From Octopus sinensis (taxonomy: Eukaryota), in contig NW_021832015.1 of the NCBI RefSeq assembly GCF_006345805.1, positions 62,001 through 126,000 on the forward strand: a DNA stretch of 64,000 bases, read 5' to 3'. Position 1 is the stretch's first letter. Every line of letters starts with the position of its first letter. The position numbers and the translations under genes are program-made. Below the pieces are notes generated by a model. It did not search any database. It was not told the origin of the DNA and was given only the letters and a program-made list of their open reading frames with translations. Below are positions 38,236-50,804 of the stretch, piece by piece.

Positions 38236-41200
38236 TATCCTCAACAGCTTCTAACGCTGGAGATGTACTACGATGCCAGCTATCCACTACGAGTGAACTA
38301 TGGTAACAAGCTTATTTTTCGAGCACCATCCGGAGTATTTGAGTGGTTCCAAGCAGTGTTGTTTTCTGCAAGTACTCCACCCTTATTGCAGCCCCTATTT
38401 GTTCTGTGTCCTTTTCAAGATTTTTACTCACTGTCCCCAGGGCTCCAACAATTATTGGTACTGCTACCACCTTTTTCAGCGACCACAGCTGCTTAACCTC
38501 CCAAGCTAACCTTTAATATCTTTCGAATTTTCTTTTTTCTTTATCGTATACTTTGTTGTCAGCTGGGCATGCTATGTCTATGATCCAGCATAGTTTGCTT
38601 TCTTTCACAATTAACACTATGTCTGGTTTCCTATTCTCTATCTCCTGGTCGCACTGAATCACAAAATTCCATAGGATCTTTACGTTATCATTTTCGATGA
38701 TGCCTTCGGATTTATGCTCGTACCGCTTTTTTACTCTATCAAGTCCGTACTTGTTGCTAAGTGTCCAATGGACAATCCTTGCTATATTGACATGACGTCT
38801 CATATTCTTTCTGGGCTAGTGGCGTACATTGACTAGTAATGTGCTATACGATTTCGCTATTTTGTCCACAAATTCTGCACTTATCACTTTCTGATGTGTT
38901 GTCGATTCTGAATTTGATGTAATTGGTTCTTAATACTTGCTCTTGAGCAGCACAGATTAGAGCCCCTGTTTCTGGTTTTAAATCACTTTTAGTCATCCAT
39001 ACCCATCTTTTTTTCTGTCTGTCTTATCTGCAACATCCCTATACATTATTGTCTATACCTTATTTTCTTTATCCACCTATTTTCAGTTTCATTCTTCTCA
39101 AGTCCATGTACAGTGCTTTATCTTTGCAATCTTCCATTCTACACAAGCCTGACCTTCTTACTTCCAACAATAGCTCCTGTGGCAATTATTACATACTACT
39201 TTATGTTGTTTTCTTCTGCTCTAATGTTGTGTTCGCATCCAATCAGTCCTCTTCCCCCTCTTTTTTTTGGTACATACAGCCCGTCTGTGTAACGTTTTGA
39301 GTGGAGTATCCCATATCTAATCAGCAAGTTCTTTGTGTGCCAAGTACTCCACCTTAAATTTTTCTGTCGTTTCGTTCACCATCAATGTATCCATTTCCAA
39401 AATCCCCAAGTACTTAGAGCCCGTCTCTTCTATCTGCTTCATAATCTCCCCCACGGTATCGCTAGCCCGTCCATACATTTGATTTTGCCTCTCTTCAAGA
39501 CTGACATACCACACTTTTTCAGTCCGAACTCCATTCTGATATCAGCACTGAAAGTATACACCGTATCAACGAGGGAACTGACTTGGGATTCATCTTTATC
39601 ATAAAGTTTGAGGTCATCCGTGAATAACAAGTGGTTGAATTTTTGTTAGCAGCTCTTGAAAACATACCCAGCCTTTGCTTTCCCCAGAATCAGTGTTAGT
39701 GTTATCATGCACAGTACAAAGATCAGTAGAGACAGACAGTCCCCTTGGAAGATGCCTCTCATGATTTCTATTGTCCCTAAATTTCTTCCATGTGCTATCA
39801 GTTCCGTCCTCCACTTCGCCATACTTTTTCCAAGCAATCGCTCAACATTCGATGCCAAATAGGTTAATACATTCCATAATCCAATATTGTAGCATCATAT
39901 CGTACACCTTACGAAAATCGATCCATGACTTGGCTAAGTATGTTTTCCGCCTCTTGCAATCTCTAAGTACAGTTTTGTCTATCAGGAGTTGATCCTTGGT
40001 ACCTCTGCATTTACGCTTGCAACCCTTTTTCTAATATGGCAGGACTCCATTTTTACCAGATGTCCGTACATTGACTGTGCAACTATTCCAGTCAATAACT
40101 TCCACATAAGTGGCAAGCAGGATATCGGCCTGTAATTGTCTACCGTATTGCCTTTTTCGATGTTTTTCAGGCACAGCACTGGCCTACCCATTGCAAAACA
40201 CTCACGTGTTACTTGGCCGGCATTTAACAAGGTGTTGAACAGTGCAGCTATCCGTGCGTGACATTCACCAAATATTTTGATCCAGTAGCCTTGAACTCCT
40301 TCTGGTCCAGGGGCCTTCCAGTTGCTCATTTTTTGCTGATTTTCTTCACTTCCCTAACTGAAATGAGTAGTTCTGCCTGTTTTGGACAGACTACTTTTTG
40401 TGCTCTTTGTCTTTGCTCCAGATGTCACTCCAGAACCGTTGACTTTCATTGTTATTTGATATCAACTTTTCATCTGTACACCCTCCATTTATTTCTTTAT
40501 AGAATCTCTTCTGATCTACTCTGAATAACCTCTTCTGCTGGTATCCCTTCATTCTTTGGTCGTATCTTACCATCTTTGCAACTAGGCGCTGTTTCAGTAA
40601 CCCCATTACCACTTTCAGGCCTTTTCTTTCAATATCATACTTCCTGTTCAGTGCACTATATTTTTGGTCACTTTAAAGCTCCCCTTCTCTTTTCTGTCTA
40701 ACACAGAAATGTCCTTTGAGAGCATATCTAACTCCCCTTGTATTCTTCTTTTCCACCATGGGTCTTTTCTTTTGTCACTCCCATTATTTTTATTTTTATT
40801 GACATCAACACCCACATTTTCTTCTGCTACAACATTTGCTGCTTTGATCAAATTATTTATTTCTGTGATGTTTTTTGTTCTGATGTATTTCAGAATTTCA
40901 TTCACATTTTTCGTTTCTTGATTCAATTTCAATCGATCAACCTTTTTAAGGTTACAAATAACGTCACTATAGTTCACGCGTAGCCTTGCATTTATTCTGT
41001 CGTAGATTGCCTTTTGCCCATCTGCCATGTCACCATTAATTTTCTTGTCTTCTTTCAAAACATCTACATGTCTCTCATCGAGCAAGCTGTCACTGTTCCT
41101 TTACTGTGGTGTTTTAAAGATTTCACATCTGTTTTCTGCTATGAGATTTCTTTTATCAGTAGGAACTGTATTTTCATCGTTTCCTCTGCTGCTGTTTTCC

Positions 41201-41680
41201 AGTATCTGTCTTTTGATAGCTTCGAGCTCTACTTCTATGAACCAACGATTTTTTTATAGCTCAAGCTTGATCACATAATCTCTGTTCCGTGAGTTGAAAC
41301 AATCTTCCTTCTCTCCATTGATCATACATACGTTGTCGGTATCCCCTAAGATGAACACCATTTTTGTCTACAGGTTTGCTCAGGTAGTAACACTCCATGA
41401 CCAGAGAATTGACTTGTTTGTTCCATCTACGCCGTGTGCGCGGATCCCTTGCTGGATAATGATAGGCTGGATTCGGGCCAGTATATCTTGAGCCTGTCGG
41501 GTGCAACACTGTCTCCATCAAGGGCTTCAGTTTCATTACCACCGTTATTCACAATATTTTGATTTTTCATCATCACTCATATGAGGTAGCAATTATCAGT
41601 TACCAGTGTTTTCATTGTGACACCATCACTAGATGTATCATAAATCAGAGAATAGGATGATTCCAACCGCTTCCTTTCAT
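38236..41680 (-). mobile_element. Near full-length R4/Dong-like retrotransposon (family B), disrupted
   Basis: N-terminal RRRWNKQVNSLVMECYY, NWKAPGPEGVQGYW, GIFQGDCLS, FTDDLKLY and RLE LWNFVIQCDQEIENRKPDIV..IDIACP. (TAA)n on both flanks. Confidence 0.92.
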
Positions 41681-42159
41681 TATTATTATTATCATCACTG
41701 ATATTATTATTTTCATTTTTTTACTGTTTGTTATTGTTAATATTTCCTCTGATCCGACATGAGTTTTGGCTAAATTATTATTATTATCATTATCATTATT
41801 ATCACTATTATTACCGTCATTATTATTATTTCCATTTATTATTAAAAGGTATTATTAAATGTTGTTTAGTTTCAACTTGTACTTGGGATAATCACAAATA
41901 TGTGAGGATTTAAGGGAATAGTGGGAGCAAGGAAAACAGCTTGATAAACAGATTAAATTACACTGTCTGTAAATAGATTCGGCAGATGGTCAAGAGATCA
42001 GCAATGGGCATTCTTATGCGATAAGGAGACAAAACAGGCCTCATACCCTTGGGGTCAGCATAGTTTAAATGTGTTTACTACTACTAGCGATCAATGAGAG
42101 CGCTGACCTTGTTCTATTCACCTTGTTCTGTTTTTAATTATTGATAGAAAAAATAATTA

Positions 42160-42343
<184 letters not shown>

Positions 42344-42499
42344 TGATGTTCAAATCGTTGAATTTTTGATTTCCTGAATTTTTTTCCTTTGAAATTTTTC
42401 TTTTTTTTTTATAAGGTTTGCTGTGGTTTACAGTTTTTGTAATTGTTCAGTTTGTATATATTGGCAGTGCTTTCCCCCTTAATTTCTTTTTATCGTGCA

Positions 42500-43075
42500 T
42501 TTAATTGTGTTGTTGCAATAAAAGGCATGTTTACATATTCGGGTAGTCAGGGAAAAAAGAAAGATAAAATTTTGACACCAAATTGTAAATCTTAAAGTTT
42601 TTAGATTTTTTAGAGATGTTCGTTTGTATGTCCAATCAGAAAAGACTAGTGTTTTGCAATAAAAAAGAAGTTTACATTTTCGAATACTCGGAGAGAAAGG
42701 AAAGGAAAGAAAAGGAGGGTAAAATTTTCACAGAAAATTGTAGATATTAAAGTTTTAAAATTTACTATAGATGATCTTTTGTTTGTCCTAACAGAGAAAA
42801 CTGTAGTGTTCTTAGAATAAAAAGGATGTTTACTTTTTCGAATGCTCAGGGAGAAAGGAAAGGGTGGATATTCACAGGTGTTGTAGATATAAAGTTTTAA
42901 AATTTACTATAGATGATCTTTTGTTTGTCCTAACAGAGAAAACTGTAGTGTTCTTAGAATAAAAAGGATGTTTACTTTTTCGAATGCTCAGGGAGAAAGG
43001 AAAGGGTGGATATTCACAGGTGTTGTAGATATTAAAGTTTTTAAAGCTGATCGTTTGTTTGTTCGAAAACTGTAG
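42500..43075. repeat. Tandem array of ~142-bp units (about 4 copies)
   Basis: AATTTACTATAGATGATC at 42759 and 42901 (period 142). The two upstream units are more diverged. Confidence 0.85.
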
Positions 43076-43132
43076 ATATGCAAGCTTCTTAACTTATTTT
43101 AAGGGAAATCTTTAAATTATCATTATTATTAC

Positions 43133-43183
<51 letters not shown>

Positions 43184-43184
43184 C

Positions 43185-43505
43185 CAGTTAACACAGGTTT
43201 TGTTGGAGCTTCTAGAGTCTTGCATGCGTAGCGGGCTTACTATTGCAGCCTACAGTGCCATGCTATACGTTCTTTTCAGGTATCTAATACTTTCCTGATT
43301 ATTCTGGCCGTGTCAAGGAATCAAACCTTTTGTAACAGTTCTACTGGGCACTCTATTCCGATTTCCTTGATATTCCTCTTGATGCCTTCTAATACTGTTC
43401 CCAAGGACCCAAAAATAATTGACACTCTCTTCACCTTCTTCATTTTCCATAGCCGGGCTACTTCGTATATAAGAGGGCTGTATCTATCTTTTCGCCTTCC
43501 TTCTT
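43185..43505 (-). mobile_element. R4-like RLE 3' fragment with (TAA)n tail
   Basis: Minus strand encodes ...EVARLWKMKKVKRVSIIFGSLG...; (ATT)n at 43120-43182. Confidence 0.7.
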
Positions 43506-43917
43506 GACTATTTGTGGGTCAAAGGGGCATCCAACGTCAACTATATAGCATATGTGGTGCACCTTGTCCACCACCACAAGATCCAGTCTGTTACGCTCTA
43601 GCACTTATTATTGTTGTTGTTATTGTTTTTATCATCATTGTGGTGAGAAAAGTGAATATGCACACACCACACGTACACGAACGGAAACAAAAGGAAAGAT
43701 TGAATTTGATAATGGAAATGCTATGTTGTTCGATAAAAACTTACGTGTAACTACATGTTTGTATGTCTATTCAAAGTGCACAGCTACAACAGCTTGAACA
43801 AATTTATTCTATTGTTGCTAAATAAAAACAATCAATATCCCTTATTTGATATTAGATTCAGGTACAGACTAGATTCTGATGTTCTTGAGTATTTATAATG
43901 CGGTGTGTGTGTGTATG

Positions 43918-43956
<39 letters not shown>

Positions 43957-44363
43957 TGTGTGTGTGTGTAGCGGAGGGGAGATTGCAGTGTTTGATACTG
44001 TTCATGTTCTTGTTATAAAGCTTCAGACTTAATTGAGCAGACCTATGATGAAATGATGAAAAGGCTAAATAGCCACGGTATATTCCAGTCGTGACCATCC
44101 TGTCATTTTCCTCTTTGTACAAGGATTCCAGGAGCACATTATCCAACGTGAACATTTTGAGTTCTATAAAGTTGTGGATTTGAGGGTGATTTGGTTGCTA
44201 TTTCTAGGATAATAGAGATCTCTTGAATTAACTTATTCTCGAAGAATAAGTTGATACGCTGCTTCTTACTGCAAATTCCCTTCCAAAATTTCGTTGTTTC
44301 TTAGGTGATGCCAACAGAAGGGATTCACCATAGAAGACTTAATCCATACACACACACATACCG

Positions 44364-44414
<51 letters not shown>

Positions 44415-44769
44415 CTCTCACATATACACATACATAGTTTGCGGCTGATGCACCAGCAAGCACAAGAACTCGAGTAGTCATCTGAAGCCACAAACTTCCA
44501 GTCCAACAGGAAGTTAGAAGGGAAATCTCATGTGCCATTAACGGTAACCAGTGTGACATATTTTCTTCCTTTTATCGAAAGTCCTGCGATCTTTCATGAT
44601 TATTAATCCTTCTCATTTAATTAAGTTTTAAAAAAGAAATTAACATAGACATAACTAATAACACAATCTACACTCTCTCTCTCCCCCTCCCCACCCTCTG
44701 TTAATAAAAATCATTAAAATGAATCCTCTGGCGGTTTTTTCTATGATATACATTACATGCAACGCATTG

Positions 44770-44980
44770 GTTTCAAACTTTGGCACAAGGCCAGCAATTT
44801 CAGGGGTGGGGTTAACACATTACATCGGCCTCAGTGTTCAACTGTTACCTGGTTTATCGACCCCGAAAGAATGAAAGACAAAGTCGACCTCGACGGAATT
44901 TGAACTCGGAACGTAAAGACGGTCAAAATTCTGCTAAGCATTTTGTCCGGCGTGCTAACGATTCGGCCACTTCGCCGCTT
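44770..44980 (-). mobile_element. tRNA-derived SINE
   Basis: GTCGACCTCGACGGAATTTGAACTC family motif. Confidence 0.85.
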
Positions 44981-46983
44981 TAACATTACAGACAACATAT
45001 TAAAATTAATTCCGATCTATTCTACACGCTTCTCCGAGCTATTCCAGAAGAAAAATCATTTTTCCTACTCCAATGCGGACTAATTATATTTGTAAGACAT
45101 ATTCATCAGACCCCTTACCAAGAATCGAAACCTCGGTCTTCCCGCTTGTTTTTATTGTTCTCGCAATTTGTGTTTAGAATTCATTCGTTTTACCTATTTT
45201 ATTCGCCACCATTTTAGATAAGACAGAGTTTAATCTTGTTAATCCATTCCAATCTATTGTCAATGGTCTAACTTGACTTTAGCTCTGCAATAAATTCGAG
45301 ATGCCAAGAGAAAAATGTTCTCTTTCCTCTGCAACTTCCAAACAGTTAACTATGGCACCTTCTCGCGAGCTTTGCGCCATTTGTCCTCCTCCTTGCACGC
45401 AGTTAGGGTTCACTATTAACAACTACCATGGTAATAGATTATCCATCAAAACTAACTAAATTTTGTGTTTACTTCCAACTCGTTGCGGTTCCATAACCGC
45501 GTAAGTAAAATCTACAGTCAGTGTGAATTACCTTTCAGCAGTTCTTTGCGGTGCATCCAGAAATATCATCTAAGCAATGCACAGTCTATCGCCAACTTGT
45601 CACATCTCTATGTGTTACAAACAACTTGCTACATCGTGTCTGTTACGCCTTTCCCGTTACAATTATACCGTTATACATATAAAGTCATGTTTGAAGTACA
45701 TTTCGAAAGTAGCAAGAATATTTCTAAACGTCAGTCCCCTCCCTTCATATCTGAGGCCTTGTGTTAATACTAGAAATAAATGATAGTAAATAAAACTCAA
45801 CATATATTAAAGAAGTAATGATTTCTTATATAAAATCATCTTATATAAATAGGGAAGTCGATTGTATTAAAGGGATTAAGATTTCTTGATTGATATTAAA
45901 GAAATCACGAAAGATATTAAATCCACCAGAGAAATAGGAAACCACGAAGGGTGTTCGTTAAAGATTTCCCCTGACCCACTTCCCAAAGACTGAAATAAAC
46001 GAAACTTGGCATAATTATTTACTCCTTCTCTACATGGCCATCACCAATTGTGTCATAATTCTCCAATCGCTTTACGCAGCTGTAAAAGACAAACGGATAC
46101 TCGTGGAAAGCTGAAATTTACAAAGTGACATGATTCTATGTGACTGCCATAACTGGAAGCGGGTGAGAGGAAATCTTTAATGAACGCCCCTTGTATTTTA
46201 TTTTAATTCCATTTCAGAACTTTGGAATGATTTCAGACAGTCACATACACTGGAGGAGCTCAACTCTGTCGGTTGTGGTGTAAGAGTTTTCGACTCTTAT
46301 TATTTCGTTAACAGTAAGACCGTTTTTTATTGTTTATTTATTGTGTTCTTTATTTCTGTTTTTTTTTTGTTCTTCATCTTTAATTCATTGATCTCAAGTT
46401 CTTGTCGAAAAAATAAGAAATTAATAAATATCTCTTTCTTCCTCATCGCATGATTCCTGCTACTTGGAGTTTTAATTCTTAGTTAAATAGATTGGTGGTG
46501 AATTAATAATTAATAGCCACAAATACATTCAAAATCTGGCAGATGGGTTAATATTAATCTCCGTTGTCATTAAAAATCTCAACACCTTCATTACTAACTT
46601 GCTCAGAAATACCTCAATACATCTCGCTGGTAATACGAGAACCACTCTACCTCCGAGATAACCAACTACATACCACTTCTCATTCTCCCGTCATACATGC
46701 TATTTCACCAGCCAGATCCCACATCAATTATTATCCCCAATCCTTCCTTTCTAGATTATGCAACACTCAGGAACTCACTCCCTGCTCACACTAACTTAAA
46801 GATGTCCAAACAGAACATTAATAACATCAATCTTATCAGCCTGATAAAAGGAGATAGTGATGTCGATAATTAGCAGGTCGACTATATTCATTCACCTTTT
46901 ACCTTATCAGTCTAGAGCAATAATTTACTTTATTTTCTTATAATTCTTCTTTTCACTTTGCTTCTTCTTTTTGTCTGTTACAG

Positions 46984-47174
46984 AAAAAGAAATTAATGAT
47001 TTGACAGCTTTTTCAACTTTTACTTTTAAGCGAAATACATTTAACAACCTTGTAACCAAGACCGACACGAAAGCTCACTCAGTTTTTGATTGTTCACGTA
47101 AATGCTTGATATCTTCTCCATGTATCGCCTTTTCATATAGTAGTAATTGGTGCCAACTAAAGAAACAAAATTAA
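46984..47174 (+). CDS. PAN/apple domain exon 3, terminal coding exon (phase 1 to stop)
   Basis: Long polypyrimidine tract plus GTTACAG|. Encodes ...FDCSRKCLISSPCIAFSYSSNWCQLKKQN*. AATAAA at 47295. Confidence 0.8.
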
Positions 47175-47294
47175 CTTTAATGGAATTCACCCCAAAATGA
47201 TCTACTTATCAATGAAATATGAGCAAGAATTCAACGGATCATATTTACTAATACATCGCAATTATATAAGATAAAATGTGTATGTTTCTTTATG

Positions 47295-47300
47295 AATAAA
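47295..47300 (+). promoter_or_regulatory. Candidate polyadenylation signal of the PAN gene
   Basis: AATAAA about 120 nt after the stop at 47174, followed by T-rich sequence. Confidence 0.45.
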
Positions 47301-48269
47301 ATCAATTTAATTCAGATAATTCTTTTGTTAATTTATTTTTGTTGCTGACGTTTTTCATTTTAAATTAATTTCCTGTTATAAACCCATTCACACGTAGGAA
47401 AATTAATTAGAATATTTAATTTACTCCAATACCAATCAAACAATTTTTTGTTTGGTTCATAGATGAAAGAAAAGTCCAAATACGAAATATTATCATTTAT
47501 AAAAAAGAAAAAGTGAAGTTGTCATTGTGACGATCGAAGACAGAAGATATTTACACCAAGTGAAGCAGACCATACTAGGCCATACTAGATGTGTCAGTAA
47601 CAGCCTTCGTTGAATGGATTGAAGTGGTCACATTCTACAGTTGAAGTTGAATGGCGTAAATTCCAACCGAAGGCTGGCTTAAGGACTTTCACAACCACTG
47701 AGACTAGCTAGGTACAACATCCATATATAGCTAATGTCTATAAAGAAAAGGTGCCAAAGACGAAATCGTTAATGAGATTTCAATATACTCCTGCTGCAGA
47801 TGAAACAGAAAGTTGACCTGGACAACATTTGGTCTCATAACATAACGGGTCTGATCTAAATACTGTAAGCAATTAAATCGAATCTTTAACGCTCCCGCAT
47901 CTAAATAATATTTCAAATAAAACTGCGTTTGACTGATTTCTTTTGAGAAGTGAAAGAATTTGGAATTCAAACTAAACAAATAATCTAGGTAACATCGAAA
48001 ACTTTTCTGAAGAATATGACAAACAGTTTACGAGAATTATTGTACGTCCATTCCAACGTAAGAAAGCACCAAAACCCTGAGGTACCACGAGTTTTAATTT
48101 GGGTTTCAGCTCTGAAAAAATAATTTTTGCAAAAATGTAATGGGGTCGTGCACCAGTTCTACTACAGAGTTAGAAAATTTTTTAAAAAATAAGTGAAACG
48201 GTTGTTCTCTGATGTTTTCCATGCAATAAATTTCACCAGATTTCAGGTGAAAGAAAATACATAACCAGA

Positions 48270-48715
48270 TTTCAAACCTAAACCTAATGTACCGTTTGCA
48301 ACACTGGAATAGGTAAATAAGGAATAAAACAGAGTGGGAAAAAATGGGAGTGATTAAAAAGCTCGATTACTCAAACTGGGCGAGTTCAACTGTATATGTT
48401 AAAAAGAAGAACAATAAAATACGTATTTGTGCAGATTTCTCGACGAAACCAAACGACTATTTAAAACAGTATAACTACCATTTACTTAGCCCAGAGGAAA
48501 TCTTGAAACTAAATGGTGGTAAATTGTTCTCAAAATTAGATCTGTCTGAGGCCTACTTACAGATACAAGTGGAAGATGAATGTGGAAGACAATCAATACA
48601 CTTAAAGGTCTATACAAGTTTAACCGACCTCCGTTTGGCATAAAAGTTGCTCCGGCTATATTCCAACAAGTGATGAGTACGATGCTTGCAGAGTGTGACT
48701 TCACGATCGAATACC
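48270..48715 (+). mobile_element. Gypsy/Ty3 LTR-retrotransposon RT remnant
   Basis: GVIKKLDYSNWASSTVYVKKKNNKIRICADF...FSKLDLSEAYLQI, then frameshifted PFGIKVAPAIFQQ. Confidence 0.85.
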
Positions 48716-48717
48716 TG

Positions 48718-49420
48718 TTGTGCATGCGCACTAAGTTTTAACATTCTAGCTCACTTTCGCTGTTTACAGCAATACTTGGAAGGAATGTGTGTAGCGTGTG
48801 GTTGTCGCGTTGACCATTACAGAGAAAGTCGAGCATAGAATCTGCATCAAATTTTGCCAAAACCTTGGCGATACCTGCTCAGAGGCCTACGCAAAGTTTT
48901 CAAAAAATTTTCATCGTTCTCCACACAATCAAAGAGAACTCGTGCAACTGAAACCCGAGTGTCTTTTTGGTCATCTGAAAGCAATTTCGTCGCAAATTTG
49001 GCGGACACGCGTCTCATACCCAAATCTTCAGTGATAATTGAATGAACTGGACCGAAACTAATCTGCACACCCTCTGATAACTCACGGATGGTGATTCGAC
49101 GATTTCCCCTCACAGCTGCACGCACATCTGTGGTGTTTTACTCAGATTTCTTCGTTGCAGGTCTCCCAGAACTTTCGTCAATAGCGACCTTTTTCGGCCA
49201 TCTTGGAAATGTCTGAACAAGTAGTACACTTGTGTGCGGCTCATACACTCTTCTCCATATACTTTCTGCAACTTTGCATTGGCCTCTGAATAGGTATCGT
49301 CATGACTACTTCCTCTGTCGTGATCAGTGCGATGATCATACGCTACACACGTTCCTTCCAAACACTGCTGTAAACAGCGAAAGTGAACTAGGACGTTTAA
49401 ACTTAGTGCGCATGCGCAGT
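48718..49420. mobile_element. Mariner-family transposon remnant with two 5' ends in opposite orientation
   Basis: + strand 48718-48897 encodes EKVEHRICIKFCQNLG. - strand 48898-49420 encodes KVYGEECMSRTQVY...RRITIRELSE..ISFGPVHSIITEDLGMRRVSAKF. 48722-48800 is an inverted copy of about 49335-49415. Confidence 0.85.
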
Positions 49421-49429
49421 AGAGTCCAA

Positions 49430-50050
49430 GGTCAATCTTTGCTTAGCAGCTACATTCTGCGTGCTTTAGCTTCGTTACTATGGCAACAGTCCAGATACTT
49501 ATTGATCAGACTTTGTATATTGAAGAATTGGTGAAAGTATGCAGAGGTTGTGCTTTAGCTTCAAAAGCTACTACCACTAAATGGCAACCATGGCCAAAAG
49601 CAGATATTCCATGGTCCTAGTTTCTAAGAGTATACCGAGTAACACCTAGTCCCAATCCCCCGTCTGGAATGTCACTTGTGGAATTAATGTTTGCTAGAAA
49701 AATCAGATCCGTCTCTGATAAGTTGATACCGAGTTAAAAAAGAAGAATGGTGAACAACAAGTATACTCTAAGAACTATAGATATGGTAAAGAAATCTGGG
49801 AGAACGGAATAATTATTAAAGAAATTGGAAAAATATTATTCCTGGTAAAAGAAAAAAAATTTCGAACATAAAAGACATATAAACTAACTTTTAAAAAGAT
49901 GTACAGAACAGTCACGAGAGATGAAATTCCCAAGGAAGTATTGTACGACACGTTTGAGGTACTAACACCCAAACAAATGGAAACTAGATATTTAAATAAC
50001 AGAAAAAGGAAAAGAACGGAAATATTGGAATTAAACCCTAAGCGTAAGAG
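49430..50050 (+). mobile_element. Gypsy integrase-region remnant (continuation of 48270-48715)
   Basis: IEELVKVCRGCALASKATTTKWQPWPKADIPWS; later frameshifted TPSPN...MSLVELMFARKIRSVSD. Confidence 0.75.
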
Positions 50051-50102
50051 ATATTACACTCTGGAGTGATATATATATCTATATATATATATATATATTG
50101 AT

Positions 50103-50175
<73 letters not shown>

Positions 50176-50195
50176 TATATATGATATATGAATTT

Positions 50196-50567
50196 AAAAA
50201 ATGATGGATTTGTATAGCGATAGACAGAACGCTATTAATATTGTTTAAAAAAACGTTATATGATATAACGTCATAAGTAGCTAACAGAAAGAGTAGGGAT
50301 ATTAATAGTGAATGTTAAATATAAAGGAAATTAAAGCTTAAATTATATATAATGATAGAGACTACTTATATGCACTAAATGTATGTTTTTGCCAATGCTT
50401 ACATCTGTATGCTCGCTCTATAACCGTGTTTACTAGAGTATTTTTAGAAAAAATAATGAAAAATAGCTCAGAATTGCAGAGAAGACAGAATTTCTTGCCT
50501 TTGTCATATGGTATCGAAATTGAGAGAATCAACCATTCTAAATGAAATTGTTCATTGTGGTCTTTTA
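50196..50567 (-). mobile_element. Inverted partial copy (pseudo-LTR arm) of the Penelope-like element at 50805-52060
   Basis: Reverse complement of 51391-51759 with few differences. Confidence 0.9.
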
Positions 50568-50577
50568 CATGAAATTT

Positions 50578-50731
50578 ACATGAATCACAAGTCTGCTTAA
50601 AAGCAACTCATCACCAAAGAATTGGCTGACCTGACCTGATATGGCCTGAGAAGATCAGAGTAAGAAAGCAGACTAAACGAAACTGGCACTCCGTCGGTTA
50701 CGACGGCGAGTGATCCATTTCCTCCGTTCAA
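50578..50731 (-). repeat. Exact 154-bp inverted copy of 54154-54307
   Basis: Base-by-base comparison shows identity over 154 nt. Confidence 0.92.
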
Positions 50732-50804
50732 TAATGTAGATCAGATTTCTAGTCGTAAAAGAATTATTGATAACAAACATAACTTACGCACCGATACAAA
50801 ACGA

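Noticed and set aside
46034-46081. MAITNCVIILQSLYAA as a separate signal-peptide exon for PAN3
   Set aside because: Its donor would be phase 0, incompatible with the phase-1 PAN3 acceptor, directly or via 46218.
46218-46279. Candidate 62-nt exon with good splice signals (ELWNDFRQSHTLEELNSVGCG)
   Set aside because: It is phase 1-0 and cannot join exon 46984 (phase 1) without an additional unseen micro-exon. Left out of the model, but worth checking in RNA-seq.
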